Both the position numbers and the translations under genes were made by a program. Shown piece after piece: positions 43,976-54,887 of a stretch of DNA of 64,000 nucleotides. The notes beneath the pieces were generated by a model, which was not told the origin of the DNA, did not search any database, and saw only the letters and a list, made by a program, of their open reading frames with translations. The DNA is from Thermodesulfobacteriota bacterium. GTDB lineage: Bacteria; Desulfobacterota_D; UBA1144; Nemesobacterales; CSP1-2. Each line of letters starts with the position of its first letter. Positions within the stretch are counted from its first letter, which is position 1. The stretch lies in contig DATMAT010000057.1 of the NCBI GenBank assembly GCA_035559815.1, positions 6,359 through 70,358 on the forward strand. The letters are read 5' to 3'.

Positions 43976-44869
43976 CTAATACTGATTAATCACATCCCGG
44001 TAAAAATCGGGGCGGAGCAAAGACTCATCTCCTCTTTCCAAGACCGCTCTTATCTCTTCCAAGACCCTTTCCTTATCCTGGGGGAATCTTGCTTTGATAG
44101 GAAGATAATTAGAGATGTGATTCGAAAAGAAATACCCGTCAGTCAGGTTTGTATTCTCGACGATAATTTCTAGCTCTTTTATCATCTGAAACTTATCCGG
44201 GAGTTTGAACTTTCCGTCAAGCCACTCCTGGTAAATCGGAGCCCCCGGGCGGACCTGAAGGGAAAGTGCCCCTACATACTCAGGGTCAGTATCGGTCAAG
44301 AGCCTTCCGGTCGCATATGCATGCTCAAGGCTTCTATCCACCCCGCCAACCCCGAGAAGAACCATGGCCGAGTTTTTGACCCCGGCCTCTTTAAGGATTT
44401 TTGATGCTCTTACCGTCTCCTCGTAATTTGCCCCTTTTTTAATCCTTTCTAGAACTATATCGTCTCCGCTTTCAAATCCGATGTAAACCATCTCCAACCC
44501 GAGGTCCCTCAGCACTTTTAAATTCTCAGCTCCTTTTCTCAGGATGTCGCTAACGTTTGCATACATGGTAATTCGCTGCAAGTCCGGACGTTTCTCCTTT
44601 AAATACTGCAAAATCTCGACCAGCTTTTTCTGGGGCATGACCAGGGCGTTGCCATCGGCGATGAACACCCGGTTGAAATCATATCTCTCCACAGCTTCAT
44701 CAATAATAGTCTTGATCTCATCTATGGGGCGCATACGAAACCTTTGGGTATCTTTCCGATACATGGCGCAGTAGGTGCACTCGTTATGAGAGCAGCCTAT
44801 CGTAGCCTGAAGGATGAAGCTATTTGCCTCGCTGGGAGGCCGGAAAAGCGGCATGGAATATTCAATCAT
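43976..44869 (-). CDS. Radical SAM protein
   Basis: 297 aa. The cluster motif reads GCSHNECTYC, which is C-x4-C-x2-C rather than the canonical C-x3-C-x2-C, followed by a TIM-barrel-like GFESGDD segment. Confidence 0.7.
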   Translation of the reverse strand: MIEYSMPLFRPPSEANSFILQATIGCSHNECTYCAMYRKDTQRFRMRPIDEIKTIIDEAVERYDFNRVFIADGNALVMPQKKLVEILQYLKEKRPDLQRITMYANVSDILRKGAENLKVLRDLGLEMVYIGFESGDDIVLERIKKGANYEETVRASKILKEAGVKNSAMVLLGVGGVDRSLEHAYATGRLLTDTDPEYVGALSLQVRPGAPIYQEWLDGKFKLPDKFQMIKELEIIVENTNLTDGYFFSNHISNYLPIKARFPQDKERVLEEIRAVLERGDESLLRPDFYRDVINQY

Positions 44870-45068
44870 GACCCTAGAAGTTAACGTAAAAAGGGGGTTA
44901 ATGCAAGCAATCCTCCCTAAACTTTACAAAGGAGAATCATTCGTTATAATCAAAGCACCATGGAACAGCACGAGAAAGAAGGAACAATCTACATACTGGC
45001 AATCATAGGTTTTATTGCGTCAATCTTAATCCTTGTATCTTTGACGCACGTAATCTTTGATTAAAGCA

Positions 45069-45557
45069 CTATTCCGATACAGCCCATCTTATTATGTGTA
45101 GTATCATTTCTTCGGGGTCTAATATGGACCCTGTATTATCTTTCAGTAAGTAACCGTCTTCTGTTTTAACAAAAGAGACTTTAATAAGCTGTCTAGCCCT
45201 GGTGAGTAGGTTCTCGCCCGAACCGGAATTTTGTCTCTTTTTGCCGAATACCACCACCTGACCTGGCTCATCGTCGAGAAAAACTACAAACTTCTCCGGA
45301 GCAACCAGACAAAACCCGACCCGTTTTCCGGAGAGATTAAGGAAAAGGGCCAAGAGTTCCCCCGGCAAACTATAAACAGAGAGCCCTTCATCCCCCACCA
45401 ACTGGTTGTAAAAGCTTACCGCCAACTCCGCAATTTTGAGTAGGCCGTTCATAACCTCTTTTACATCGTCTGGTGCGGATTCGGCTTTCCGGTCCGCCGT
45501 TTTCGTTTTTAGTTTTTCCCTAGCCAAACTCATCACTTCCTCACGAAAGTTATTCAT
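45069..45557 (-). CDS. Hypothetical protein
   Basis: 162 aa from the ATG preceded by GGGAGAG. No recognisable domain. Confidence 0.35.
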   Translation of the reverse strand: MNNFREEVMSLAREKLKTKTADRKAESAPDDVKEVMNGLLKIAELAVSFYNQLVGDEGLSVYSLPGELLALFLNLSGKRVGFCLVAPEKFVVFLDDEPGQVVVFGKKRQNSGSGENLLTRARQLIKVSFVKTEDGYLLKDNTGSILDPEEMILHIIRWAVSE

Positions 45558-45646
45558 ATTGTCTCTCCCATGTGTATTTATAATTTTATTATGTGTCATT
45601 TATCCTATGACAAAGTCCTTCAAATTAATCAGACCCCATACCGTAT

Positions 45647-45780
45647 GTCATTCCCGCGAAAGCGGGAATCCAGTTTTTTAAAAGATGGATTCCCGATTAG
45701 TACATTCGGGAATGACAGATTGGTAGATCCCGCTTAAGCTTGTACCCGAAAGCATTAATCGGGTAACGTGCGGGAATGAC
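45647..45780. repeat. MITE-like elements with GTCATTCCCGCG / CGCGGGAATGAC-type inverted ends
   Basis: GTCATTCCCGCGAAAGCGGGAATCCAG...ATGGATTCCCGATTAGTACATTCGGGAATGAC, followed by GATCCCGCTTAAGCTTGTACCCG...GTGCGGGAATGAC. Both modules occur fused in the copy at 15686-15802. Confidence 0.65.
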
Positions 45781-45842
45781 TTTCTTTTTGAGCATAGTAG
45801 CCATTTGGATGATCAACACTAGCTCACCATTCAGTTACAATA

Positions 45843-46184
45843 ATGATAATGAAGATTCCTATCCCCGACGGGTCGAGCTTTCTAGGCTATCTCACCACGA
45901 AGGGAAGAGTAACAGGGAAAGAGCATACAGTAAAATTACGATTAGTCTTCTACAAGGGAAGATTCTTTGCATCCAGGAGAAGCCTGGCCGGAGACTGGTT
46001 AAAAAATGTAATGACCAATCCATCGGTTTCCGTTGAAGTTAACGGGACGGTGGTCGAGGGTCTGGCCAGACTGGTCGAAGACGACGAACTATCACGAAAG
46101 ATATCGGAGTTGAAATATGACGATATACGAAGAGAAGAAAGCAGGGTGGTAGTAGAGATTACCCCTATCGAATCAACCGAATAG
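45843..46184 (+). CDS. Small DUF385-like (deazaflavin-dependent nitroreductase family) protein
   Basis: 113 aa. LTTKGRVTGKEHTVKLRLVFYKGRFFASRRS...DWLKNVMTNPSVSVEV resembles the DUF385 beta-barrel pattern. Confidence 0.4.
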   Translation: MIMKIPIPDGSSFLGYLTTKGRVTGKEHTVKLRLVFYKGRFFASRRSLAGDWLKNVMTNPSVSVEVNGTVVEGLARLVEDDELSRKISELKYDDIRREESRVVVEITPIESTE

Positions 46185-46209
46185 TACTAAGAAAACCAAG
46201 ACATGAGCC

Positions 46210-47451
46210 TTATTCAAGACCCTTCACTATTTGTTCCAAATCCGTATTAGGGTCCTTCAGCCCGTCCTCGTATTTTCTTATGTCAATGTCTCGAATTTGT
46301 ATTAGTTCCCGCACTGCCCTTACCCCCTTTCCACCCGGCTCGATGAGAAAGGCGCCAACTATTCGGCCATCTCGAACGGCAAAAGAACCGACCGGGGGTT
46401 CCCCAGGCATTCCCCTGACCCAATGTTCTTGCCCGAATTCGAGGGCACCTACAAAAATAAGCGGTAGACCAAAAATGGCCGAGTCATAACCGGTTACCTG
46501 TGAGTAGGGAATTTTTGCCCCGGCCATATTTCTTCCGGCAATTCTCCCCTGAAACTGAGCGTTCTCTATGTGACCGACCAGATGCTTTTCTCCCAGAATT
46601 AAATCATCAAACTCGGCCAGGTCTCCGGCGGCATAAACCCCGTCTATGCTGGTCTCTAGAAATTCATTAACCCGAATGCCCCGTTCAACCGATATGTCCG
46701 TACCCTTGAGGAAATCGATGTTCAGGTCAAGCCCTATACCCACCCCCACCAAATCCCCCTCATAAGTCTTTCCGCTCTCGGTTTTCACCGAACCTACTGT
46801 TCCACCCTTGCCCTCAAACTCGACCACCTTCTCGTTTGGAAAGACCTCGACCCCGCCCTCCACGAGTTTCTCTATCAGATAATTCCCTAGAGGCTCAGGT
46901 ATTAGCGTCTGCCAGACATATTTCTCCATCATAATGAGCTTTACCGGAACTCCCACTTCACGAAGAGCAACCGCCAGCTCGACCCCTATGAAGCTTCCGC
47001 CTATGACCACAGCCTGCCTTGAATTATTAGCCGCTTTTATGATTTGATTAGAGTCATCAAGGGTCCTGAGATAATAAATGCCCTCTAGGTTTCTGCCTGG
47101 AATATCAAATTTCCTCGGCCTGCCTCCGGTGGAAATTAGTAGTTTTTCATAATTGATCTCCGCCCCGTCGTCGAGTGTCACCCTTTTTTCCTGGAAACCA
47201 GACCTAACCGCACGCCTGCCCTTGATGAAAATCGCCTCGTTCTTATCAAAGAAGTCCTCCTTCACCAAATAAAGGGCATCTTCGCCAAACCGTCCTTGAA
47301 TGTATCCCTTGGTCAGAAGGGGAAGCGAATAGGTGCGATACGGCTCGGCCCCGACGATGACTATCTTCCCCTGCTTGTCCTCCTGCCTGATACCCCTCAC
47401 CGCCCAGGCCCCGGCTGGTCCTGCTCCCAGAATTAAATATTTGGTCTGCAC
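46210..47451 (-). CDS. FAD-dependent pyridine nucleotide-disulfide oxidoreductase (ferredoxin/rubredoxin-reductase-like)
   Basis: 413 aa. LILGAGPAGAWA, a second Rossmann segment VVIGGSFIGVELA, and VYAAGDLAEF. Confidence 0.8.
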   Translation of the reverse strand: MQTKYLILGAGPAGAWAVRGIRQEDKQGKIVIVGAEPYRTYSLPLLTKGYIQGRFGEDALYLVKEDFFDKNEAIFIKGRRAVRSGFQEKRVTLDDGAEINYEKLLISTGGRPRKFDIPGRNLEGIYYLRTLDDSNQIIKAANNSRQAVVIGGSFIGVELAVALREVGVPVKLIMMEKYVWQTLIPEPLGNYLIEKLVEGGVEVFPNEKVVEFEGKGGTVGSVKTESGKTYEGDLVGVGIGLDLNIDFLKGTDISVERGIRVNEFLETSIDGVYAAGDLAEFDDLILGEKHLVGHIENAQFQGRIAGRNMAGAKIPYSQVTGYDSAIFGLPLIFVGALEFGQEHWVRGMPGEPPVGSFAVRDGRIVGAFLIEPGGKGVRAVRELIQIRDIDIRKYEDGLKDPNTDLEQIVKGLE

Positions 47452-47643
47452 TGCTTAATTATAAACGCTGGCACTAATCGGTAAAGAATTCGCTATTTTT
47501 AACCGGAATTTTTCTTGAGCTTGAATATAAAGAAAGTTATACTTTTTGATGTTTGATAGCAAAGAAATCCGCATTAAAAGGAGCTAAATATAGAGCATAT
47601 ACACGGCAATACATCCGGCTTAAAACCAAGCGAGCTACGCAGC

Positions 47644-49275
47644 TTGGCCAGGCTTTACAGAAGAAGAATCCCACCTAAAGAAGTAATAACCCTGGAACTG
47701 GGAAGAACGCTTTCCCAGATATCCTCCGATATAGAAAGAGCAATAAGCATTCTCATAGACCGAAGGGGAAAGGTGGAAGCTGTATTTGTAGGCGAGTCCT
47801 ATGAAGTGCCTTTTGACAAGATTCTGGAGAGGCACAGAGAGGCAAAATACAGACTGAGGGGATATCGCCTAGTTCATACCCACCTTAAAAATCCCCCCCT
47901 TACCCATTCAGACCTGGTTACCCTGCTGAACGAAAGGCTTGACCTGATTGGTGCACTAGAGGTAAGAGACGGCGGTCTTCACGGAAAATTCGAGGTGGCG
48001 CATATTCTTCCGCCAAATTCCAGGGAGGAGATGTGGCGGATAATCACGTACAACGACTTGGGAAGAATTGATATAAATTTTGAAGAGTTCATAAGAGATA
48101 TTGAGAGCGAGATAGAAAAAGCGTACTTCCAATTTGGCGGGAGGAGTGAAAAAGAAGGCGTCTTTCTGGTCGGCTTTTCCACCAAACACCGGGCAGAGGC
48201 TCAGGAATCGCTAGATGAGCTCGAATCACTGGCACTCTCTGCAGACAAAGTGGTGTTAGATAAAACGGTACAGGTTAGAAAGCAAATAGACCCCAGATAC
48301 CTCATCGGAAAGGGGAAACTGGAAGAGGTAATCCTGAAAGCGAAGCAGGTCGGCGCTGAGACTCTTATTTTTGACGTCGAGCTTACCCCAGCACAGGTGA
48401 GAGGGATCTCCGATGAGACCAACCTGCAAGTGGTAGACAGGACACAATTGATATTGGAAATCTTTTCAAGACACGCCACCACCAGCGAGGGAAAAATTCA
48501 GGTTCAGCTTGCACAGCTACGCTACACCCTACCCCGGCTTACCGGCAAGGGCGTCGAACTATCCCAACTAGGGGGCGGAATCGGCACCAGAGGGCCCGGA
48601 GAGAAGAAGCTTGAAGAGGAAAGAAGAAGATTGAGAAAACAGATAGAGCGCTACGAAAAACAGATCGAGGAGCTTAGCCGGAGGCGTGAACACACCAGAA
48701 AGCACCGAAGAGAAACCGGCGTTCCCACCGTCACCCTAATCGGTTATACCAATGTGGGGAAATCCACGCTCTTTAACGCTCTCACTAAAAGCGGGGTGGT
48801 AGTGCAGAACAAGCTCTTCTCCACTTTAAACCCCACTACCCGGAGGCTTATGCTTCCCAGCGGAAGAGAGATACTCATAACCGATACGGTCGGATTCATA
48901 AGGAATCTGCCCAAGGAGCTGGTAACCGCATTTCGGGCCACCCTCGAAGAATTGGGAGGGTCCTCTCTTCTAGTTCATGTAGCTGACTGTAGCGACCCGA
49001 TGGTAGAGGAAAGAATAGAATCGGTCGAGAACATACTGAGAGCGGCCGGCTACGACTCGGTCCCCAGAATTATAGTATTCAACAAGATAGATTCCGTCCC
49101 ATCCCAGGTAACCAAAGATGGATTAAAGAGCAGATACAAAGGAACTCTGGTATCAGCACTAAATAAAGAAACACTTGATGACCTACTGGAAAAACTGGAC
49201 GAGGAAATAAAATTCCTCGAAATCGGCAGACAAACTCAAATAACTAAGTCTAATCTATCGGAAGCTAAAGCCTGA
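47644..49275 (+). CDS. hflX: GTPase HflX (N-terminal extent uncertain; TTG start in the ORF track)
   Basis: HflX N-domain followed by G1 GYTNVGKSTLFN, G3 DTVGF and G4 NKID. Confidence 0.85.
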   Translation: MARLYRRRIPPKEVITLELGRTLSQISSDIERAISILIDRRGKVEAVFVGESYEVPFDKILERHREAKYRLRGYRLVHTHLKNPPLTHSDLVTLLNERLDLIGALEVRDGGLHGKFEVAHILPPNSREEMWRIITYNDLGRIDINFEEFIRDIESEIEKAYFQFGGRSEKEGVFLVGFSTKHRAEAQESLDELESLALSADKVVLDKTVQVRKQIDPRYLIGKGKLEEVILKAKQVGAETLIFDVELTPAQVRGISDETNLQVVDRTQLILEIFSRHATTSEGKIQVQLAQLRYTLPRLTGKGVELSQLGGGIGTRGPGEKKLEEERRRLRKQIERYEKQIEELSRRREHTRKHRRETGVPTVTLIGYTNVGKSTLFNALTKSGVVVQNKLFSTLNPTTRRLMLPSGREILITDTVGFIRNLPKELVTAFRATLEELGGSSLLVHVADCSDPMVEERIESVENILRAAGYDSVPRIIVFNKIDSVPSQVTKDGLKSRYKGTLVSALNKETLDDLLEKLDEEIKFLEIGRQTQITKSNLSEAKA

Positions 49276-49336
49276 CCGGATATGACTGAAATTCTCGAAG
49301 CTCTTTAGACCGGCATACAAGAAGTTCGGTACTGGA

Positions 49337-50239
49337 TCAAATAGCCACCTCGGCTATCCCGCCCTTTATAACCTTGATATCATCCTCCTGTCTCGTCACC
49401 TCAAAACCCAGTATGGTCCTTCCATCCTGCCTGCCTATCTCCCACCCGTCAGCAACGAGAACATCACCGGGATAGACCGGGCTGGAGAACCGTACGTTGA
49501 TCCTGGACAACAAGGCCGGGTTGCTATCGGCGTAGCACTCGATTATGGCCCTCATGGCCATAGACATCGTACAAAGACCGTGCACGATTATCCCCTTAAG
49601 CCCGGCTGCTTTGGCCACCTTTTCATCGATATGAATCGGGTTCCGGTCATTGGATGCTTCGGCGTATCTATAGGTGATGTCCTCACTCACCCTTATAATC
49701 CTCCTGAATGCCAGGGGGCTCTCTCCACCTAGCGCAACCGGTTCCTTCTTCCCGTCGTTCTTGGGCTTCTGCCCGCTTCCGATGCCCCTTATGAATATTC
49801 CCCAAACGGAGTCTACAACCTTAACCCCGTTTTGGTCCCTCGAAGCAACATTAAAAACTATGAGCTCGCCGCTGCCCTTATCCTCTATGCTCTTTATCTT
49901 AGCTACGGCGGTGATTTTATCCCCGGGTCGAATCGGCTTGTAGAAATGCATTTCCTGCTCGCCATGGACCAGCATGAGAACATTACGTGCCGCTTGCTCC
50001 CTTCCTCCATGAAGACCTTCGTCAGTCCATATTTCTTCGAGTAAAGGAAGCTCGTAGACAACAGCGAAGCTCGGAGGAGCCATGCCCAGCGGTCCCTCCG
50101 GGCTTAAGGCGCCGTCATAATTGAAGTAGGTTAGGTTACGGGCTCCAATAGCCCAGGCATACTTGTGTATAGCCTCCTCAGTAACCTCGTAAACTATCGG
50201 ACTGAATTCCTTGCCTATGTATTCCCGGTTAAGGCCCAT
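49337..50239 (-). CDS. Double hot-dog MaoC-family (R)-hydratase/dehydratase
   Basis: 300 aa from the ATG preceded by AAGGAGAG. N-terminal MaoC_dehydrat_N-like half, then a C-terminal half with SNDRNPIHID. Confidence 0.75.
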   Translation of the reverse strand: MGLNREYIGKEFSPIVYEVTEEAIHKYAWAIGARNLTYFNYDGALSPEGPLGMAPPSFAVVYELPLLEEIWTDEGLHGGREQAARNVLMLVHGEQEMHFYKPIRPGDKITAVAKIKSIEDKGSGELIVFNVASRDQNGVKVVDSVWGIFIRGIGSGQKPKNDGKKEPVALGGESPLAFRRIIRVSEDITYRYAEASNDRNPIHIDEKVAKAAGLKGIIVHGLCTMSMAMRAIIECYADSNPALLSRINVRFSSPVYPGDVLVADGWEIGRQDGRTILGFEVTRQEDDIKVIKGGIAEVAI

Positions 50240-50778
50240 GTTTATTCTCTCCTTCTTTCTCCTATTTGTGTTTCTTACATCTTTTCCAGAATCTACACCG
50301 ACCACAACCCATTTTAGGTTTGCAACTGCACAGACCTCTACTATAACAAACTGTAAATACGTGAGGAAAATCCTTCCATATTTAGAAATTGGTAAACAGT
50401 TGGGATACCATATTCGCCCCTAAAATCCTCAAAACCCATTGATATATTTGAGTAATTATTGCAGTCAGGGAATTCTTTAGGCCTCATTGCCGTTATTTTT
50501 AATTTAATATGAAAAAGTACTCTTTGTCAACATAATAATTCGCAATTGCAAAATCCTGCTTATTATAATTAGCTCCGTATCACAGACAGAGGCGAACAAT
50601 AATTAACTTTGAAATAGAGGCTAAAGCAATAGGATTTAAGTATGGTTTAAGCACCGGGAATTAAGAATGCCCTTCTCCTGTTTGGTCAATTTTTGAATGT
50701 CCAGGCCTGGATAAGTCCTTGATTTTCCACCAACAGGTAATATCTTATGAGAAAAGCGCCATTTCCGGAGGATTAGAC

Positions 50779-53382
50779 ATGAAGTTTGAAAAATTAACGA
50801 TCAAGGCACAGGAAGCGGTTGGGGAAGCGCAGGCTATCGCCCAAAGGGAAAAGAATCAACTGATCGATATACCGCATTTGCTATTCGCACTACTTAACGA
50901 AGAAGGAATTCCTACTGAGATCATAGGTAAAATAGGTGCCAACCCGCACGCCATTCGTGACCTGGCAAAGAGGGAGATCGGATTATTGCCCAAAATAGAG
51001 GGGGCGGCAGACCAGGTTTATCTAAGCCGGGAAATGAGCCAGGCGCTAAATACTGCCGAGCAAGAAGCCAAATCCCTAGGCGACGAATACATAAGCACGG
51101 AACATCTTCTTCTGGGAATAGCGCAACAAGCTATAGGCAACATTAAAAACGAGTTTAAACGGCTGGGTATAACCAGAGAAAATATACTCAAGGTTCTCAA
51201 AGAGGTAAGAGGCGGGCAAACCATAACCAGCCAAACCCCGGAGGAGACATTCCAGGCCCTCAAGCAGTACGGCAAAGACTTCACCGAGCTTGCCCGTCAG
51301 GGAAAGCTCGACCCGGTAATCGGCCGTGACGACGAGATTAGAAGAGTCATACAGGTGTTATCACGGAGGACTAAGAATAACCCGGTGTTGATAGGAGAGC
51401 CGGGGGTAGGAAAGACGGCAATCGTAGAGGGGTTAGCACAGAGAATAGTAAACGGGGATGTACCCGAGGGCCTCAAAAATAAACGCCTGGTAGCTCTCGA
51501 CGTGGGAGCGCTGGTGGCCGGCGCAAAGTACCGAGGGCAATTCGAAGAGCGGCTCAAAGCGGTGTTGAAAGAAATCACCGAATCTCAGGGTGAGATAATC
51601 CTCTTTATAGATGAGATCCATACCGTCGTTGGAGCCGGCGCAGCCGAGGGAGCGATGGATGCATCAAACATGCTCAAACCAGCCCTGGCCCGCGGCGAGC
51701 TTCACTGTATAGGCGCCACCACACTCGACGAATACCGGAAGCACATTGAAAAGGATGCCGCACTGGAGAGGAGATTCCAGCAGGTATTCGTGGACGAGCC
51801 TACTGTAGAGGAAACGATTTCTATACTCAGGGGTCTCAAAGACAAATACGAGGTTCATCACGGGGTGAAGATAAAAGACGAGGCCCTGATCGCCGCGGCC
51901 GTACTTTCCAACCGATACATAACCGGAAGATTTCTCCCGGATAAGGCCGTTGACTTGATAGACGAAGCCGCAGCAAGGCTGAGGATGGAAATAGACTCCA
52001 TGCCTACTGAGATTGATGAAATCGAGCGGCGGATTATGCAACTGGAGATAGAAAGAGAGGCTCTAAAAAAAGAAAAGGACGAAGCCTCGGTGGAAAAACT
52101 GAATTTGATTGAGAAGCAGATCAGCAACCTCAGGGAAGAAGCGGACAGCTTGAAAGCGCACTGGCAGAGGGAAAAGGAGCATATATCCGAGATCAGAAAG
52201 ATAAAAGAAGAAATCGACAGGGTGAAGATGGAAGCAGAAAAAGCGCAGAGGCTTAGCGACCTCTCCAAGGCATCTGAGCTTCTGTACGGAAAGCTCCCTG
52301 AACTAAACAAGAAACTAGAGGACAAGAGTAAAGAACTGGCCGAGATTCAGAAGGCAAAGAAGATGCTTAAAGAAGAGGTTGACGCCGAGGACATTGCCGA
52401 GATTGTATCCAAGTGGACCGGGATTCCGGTCTCAAGGCTCATGGAGGGCGAAGTGGAAAAGCTCATCCACATGGAAGAGCGTCTTTCAAAAAGAGTGGTG
52501 GGACAAGAAGAGGCAATTAGGGCGGTTTCTGATGCCCTCAGGCGTTCCCGTGCTGGCCTTTCCGACCCGAAGAGGCCGATCGGATCCTTCATTTTCCTTG
52601 GTCCAACCGGCGTGGGAAAAACAGAACTGGCCAGGGCGCTTGCCGAATTCATGTTTGATGACGAGAACGCAATGGTGCGTATTGATATGAGCGAGTACAT
52701 GGAGAAGCACACCGTATCCAGGCTGATAGGCGCTCCTCCGGGCTATGTTGGATATGAAGAGGGTGGACAACTAACCGAGGCGGTAAGAAGACGCCCCTAC
52801 TCCGTGATATTATTCGATGAAATCGAAAAAGCACACAACGATGTTTTCAATATCTTGCTTCAAATCCTGGACGATGGACGTCTTACCGACGGGCATGGAA
52901 GAACTGTAGATTTCAGGAACACCGTTATCATCATGACCTCTAACCTGGGAAGTTCAGAGATACACGGGATGATGAAAGAGGAAGCGGTCAGACAGAAGGT
53001 GATGAATGTGCTGAGAGAGCACTTCAGGCCGGAATTCTTAAACCGAGTGGATGAAATAATCATTTTCCGGTCCCTCTCTATAGAACGGTTAAAGGAGATT
53101 GTCGGTATTCAGATTGAATATCTAAGAAAGAGACTCTCCGAGAAAAAGATCGAACTCGAACTCAAGGAAGAAGCAAAAGAATTACTGGCCGAAAAGGGAT
53201 ACGACCCGGTTTACGGGGCCAGGCCGCTCAAGAGGACCATCCAGCGGCTCATAGAAAACCCATTGGCTACAAAGATTTTGCAAGGAGAATTTAAGGAAGG
53301 AGATACCGTGCTGGTGGATGTGGACAAAAACAAGGAATTTGTCTTCACCAAGAAGCAGAAGAAGAAGGTAGCGGCTAGCTGA
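50779..53382 (+). CDS. clpB: ATP-dependent chaperone ClpB
   Basis: 867 aa from [14 protein letters not shown]. Clp_N repeats, Walker [10 protein letters not shown], a long coiled-coil M-domain, a second Walker [10 protein letters not shown], and GARPLKR. Confidence 0.95.
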   Translation: MKFEKLTIKAQEAVGEAQAIAQREKNQLIDIPHLLFALLNEEGIPTEIIGKIGANPHAIRDLAKREIGLLPKIEGAADQVYLSREMSQALNTAEQEAKSLGDEYISTEHLLLGIAQQAIGNIKNEFKRLGITRENILKVLKEVRGGQTITSQTPEETFQALKQYGKDFTELARQGKLDPVIGRDDEIRRVIQVLSRRTKNNPVLIGEPGVGKTAIVEGLAQRIVNGDVPEGLKNKRLVALDVGALVAGAKYRGQFEERLKAVLKEITESQGEIILFIDEIHTVVGAGAAEGAMDASNMLKPALARGELHCIGATTLDEYRKHIEKDAALERRFQQVFVDEPTVEETISILRGLKDKYEVHHGVKIKDEALIAAAVLSNRYITGRFLPDKAVDLIDEAAARLRMEIDSMPTEIDEIERRIMQLEIEREALKKEKDEASVEKLNLIEKQISNLREEADSLKAHWQREKEHISEIRKIKEEIDRVKMEAEKAQRLSDLSKASELLYGKLPELNKKLEDKSKELAEIQKAKKMLKEEVDAEDIAEIVSKWTGIPVSRLMEGEVEKLIHMEERLSKRVVGQEEAIRAVSDALRRSRAGLSDPKRPIGSFIFLGPTGVGKTELARALAEFMFDDENAMVRIDMSEYMEKHTVSRLIGAPPGYVGYEEGGQLTEAVRRRPYSVILFDEIEKAHNDVFNILLQILDDGRLTDGHGRTVDFRNTVIIMTSNLGSSEIHGMMKEEAVRQKVMNVLREHFRPEFLNRVDEIIIFRSLSIERLKEIVGIQIEYLRKRLSEKKIELELKEEAKELLAEKGYDPVYGARPLKRTIQRLIENPLATKILQGEFKEGDTVLVDVDKNKEFVFTKKQKKKVAAS

Positions 53383-53392
53383 TGCATACGTC

Positions 53393-53419
53393 AAGGGGCG
53401 CGCTGCAGCGTGCCCCTAC
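53393..53419. repeat. GTAG...CTAC-type palindrome copy (AAGGGGCGCGCTGCAGCGTGCCCCTAC)
   Basis: Read directly. Starts 11 nt after the clpB stop, between convergent genes. Confidence 0.6.
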
Positions 53420-53434
53420 AACAACAATCACAAA

Positions 53435-53875
53435 TCAATCCAATGGATTCATCACGTTTAGAAATTCGAATCTGGCAAAGTGTTTTGTGTTTCTCGTAAT
53501 TATTCCATCGACCCCGTTATCCAGAAGCGTTGCGACAAAAACTAGGTCAAATATATCTTGCCCCGCTATGTCATAGTTAGATAGCAAGTTTATGACATTT
53601 CGCAAATTGCTTTTACGGGGATATATCTTGGGTATGTTTTTAGCTCTTATATAAGTTTCTATTATTTCTCTTGCCTGACCAGTTGGTAAAGGCTTCTCCA
53701 CCCGTCGTGCGTTTGTAATAACAGAATAGAATTCGTATAAGCTTTGATAGGGTAAGCAGGTACTTATGCTTCCGGTTAATACCTCTTCCTTTAAGAAAGC
53801 ATGGGCTTTCGGATTAAGTGGGCTGTCCAGATTGAAGGCGTAAACTAAAATATTGGTGTCAATAGCATATACCAC
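53435..53875 (-). CDS. PIN-domain toxin (VapC-like)
   Basis: 146 aa with a GTG start sharing 1 nt with the upstream TAG. Acidic residues in IDTNIL, YEF and IFDLVFVA, plus C-terminal TRNTKHF. Confidence 0.8.
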   Translation of the reverse strand: MVYAIDTNILVYAFNLDSPLNPKAHAFLKEEVLTGSISTCLPYQSLYEFYSVITNARRVEKPLPTGQAREIIETYIRAKNIPKIYPRKSNLRNVINLLSNYDIAGQDIFDLVFVATLLDNGVDGIITRNTKHFARFEFLNVMNPLD

Positions 53876-54189
53876 TAATTATTACCCATTTTACGGTCAA
53901 GATACTCTTCATAAACGCTTTTTCTCGTTAAGGCTTCCTCTTTGATCTCGCCTAAATGCCCTGTAGGGATTTCCTTTAATTCTATGCCTTCTTCCTTACT
54001 TAAAGCTCTACCCCGTCTTAAGAGAAATTCTCTCAAGTCCTCTTCCGTTACCCTGTAGCTGCGTCCTACCTTGACCGCTTTAAGACGCCCCTGTTCAATA
54101 TAACCTCTCAGAGTTACTTTATTGACCCCCAGAATTTTTGATAACTCGTCTAAGTTATAAATCTTTAGTCCCGCTACCCTTATCGGCAT
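53875..54189 (-). CDS. Excisionase/MerR-type HTH antitoxin partner of the PIN toxin
   Basis: 104 aa. YNLDELSKILGVNKVTLRGYIEQGRLKAVKVGRSYRVTEEDLREFL. Confidence 0.65.
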   Translation of the reverse strand: MPIRVAGLKIYNLDELSKILGVNKVTLRGYIEQGRLKAVKVGRSYRVTEEDLREFLLRRGRALSKEEGIELKEIPTGHLGEIKEEALTRKSVYEEYLDRKMGNN

Positions 54190-54887
54190 CTTATTGCCTT
54201 TTGAACATGTTCTTAGTACTATATTATAACTTTAAATTAGTTTGTCAAGCGTTTTCTATGTTAACGTAACTTTTTATAGATCGGATTCTTCTAACAGGGG
54301 TGGCAGAAACGTCTACGGTAAAGGTTTTGCTGTAATTTAAGGCGAGCTTGGAGAGCAGTTCTGGATAAAAAGACGGCGCTCTGGGATTTTCCTATGTTCC
54401 TAGTTGTTGTCACGCTTCCTTTCTTCATTGTAGCCCTTTACACCTCATATATGATAATGTTCTGGGCTACAATTTTTTTCACCACGAGCATTTTACTGAA
54501 ACTCTGTCTGTCAACTGAATGGTGCTCTTCTATGAACAGAAATAACAATTTTGTCATTAAAAACACCACTAATCTTGACTTGAAATCAGGTTTTTTGTAC
54601 TTTATGGGCTATAATCAGTGAGAGCGTATGTTTGCGGTACAACTCACTTAATAAAATGTTATATTGCGTTTTTCAATCTAAGTAAGTTAACCACTAGCCC
54701 ATGGGTAGACTGTCTATTCCTAATCCGCTCAAAGTTGAGTTCGCTACCGTTGAAGCTCTTTGGAACTCAACAGGAAAAACTCGACGTGTTGATGCCCTGA
54801 TCCTATCATGGGTTAAATATGAGAAGCAGCTTCGGCGTCTATTCTGCTTTCTAGTGTTCCAACACCCGAAGATCAGCTCTGATAAGA

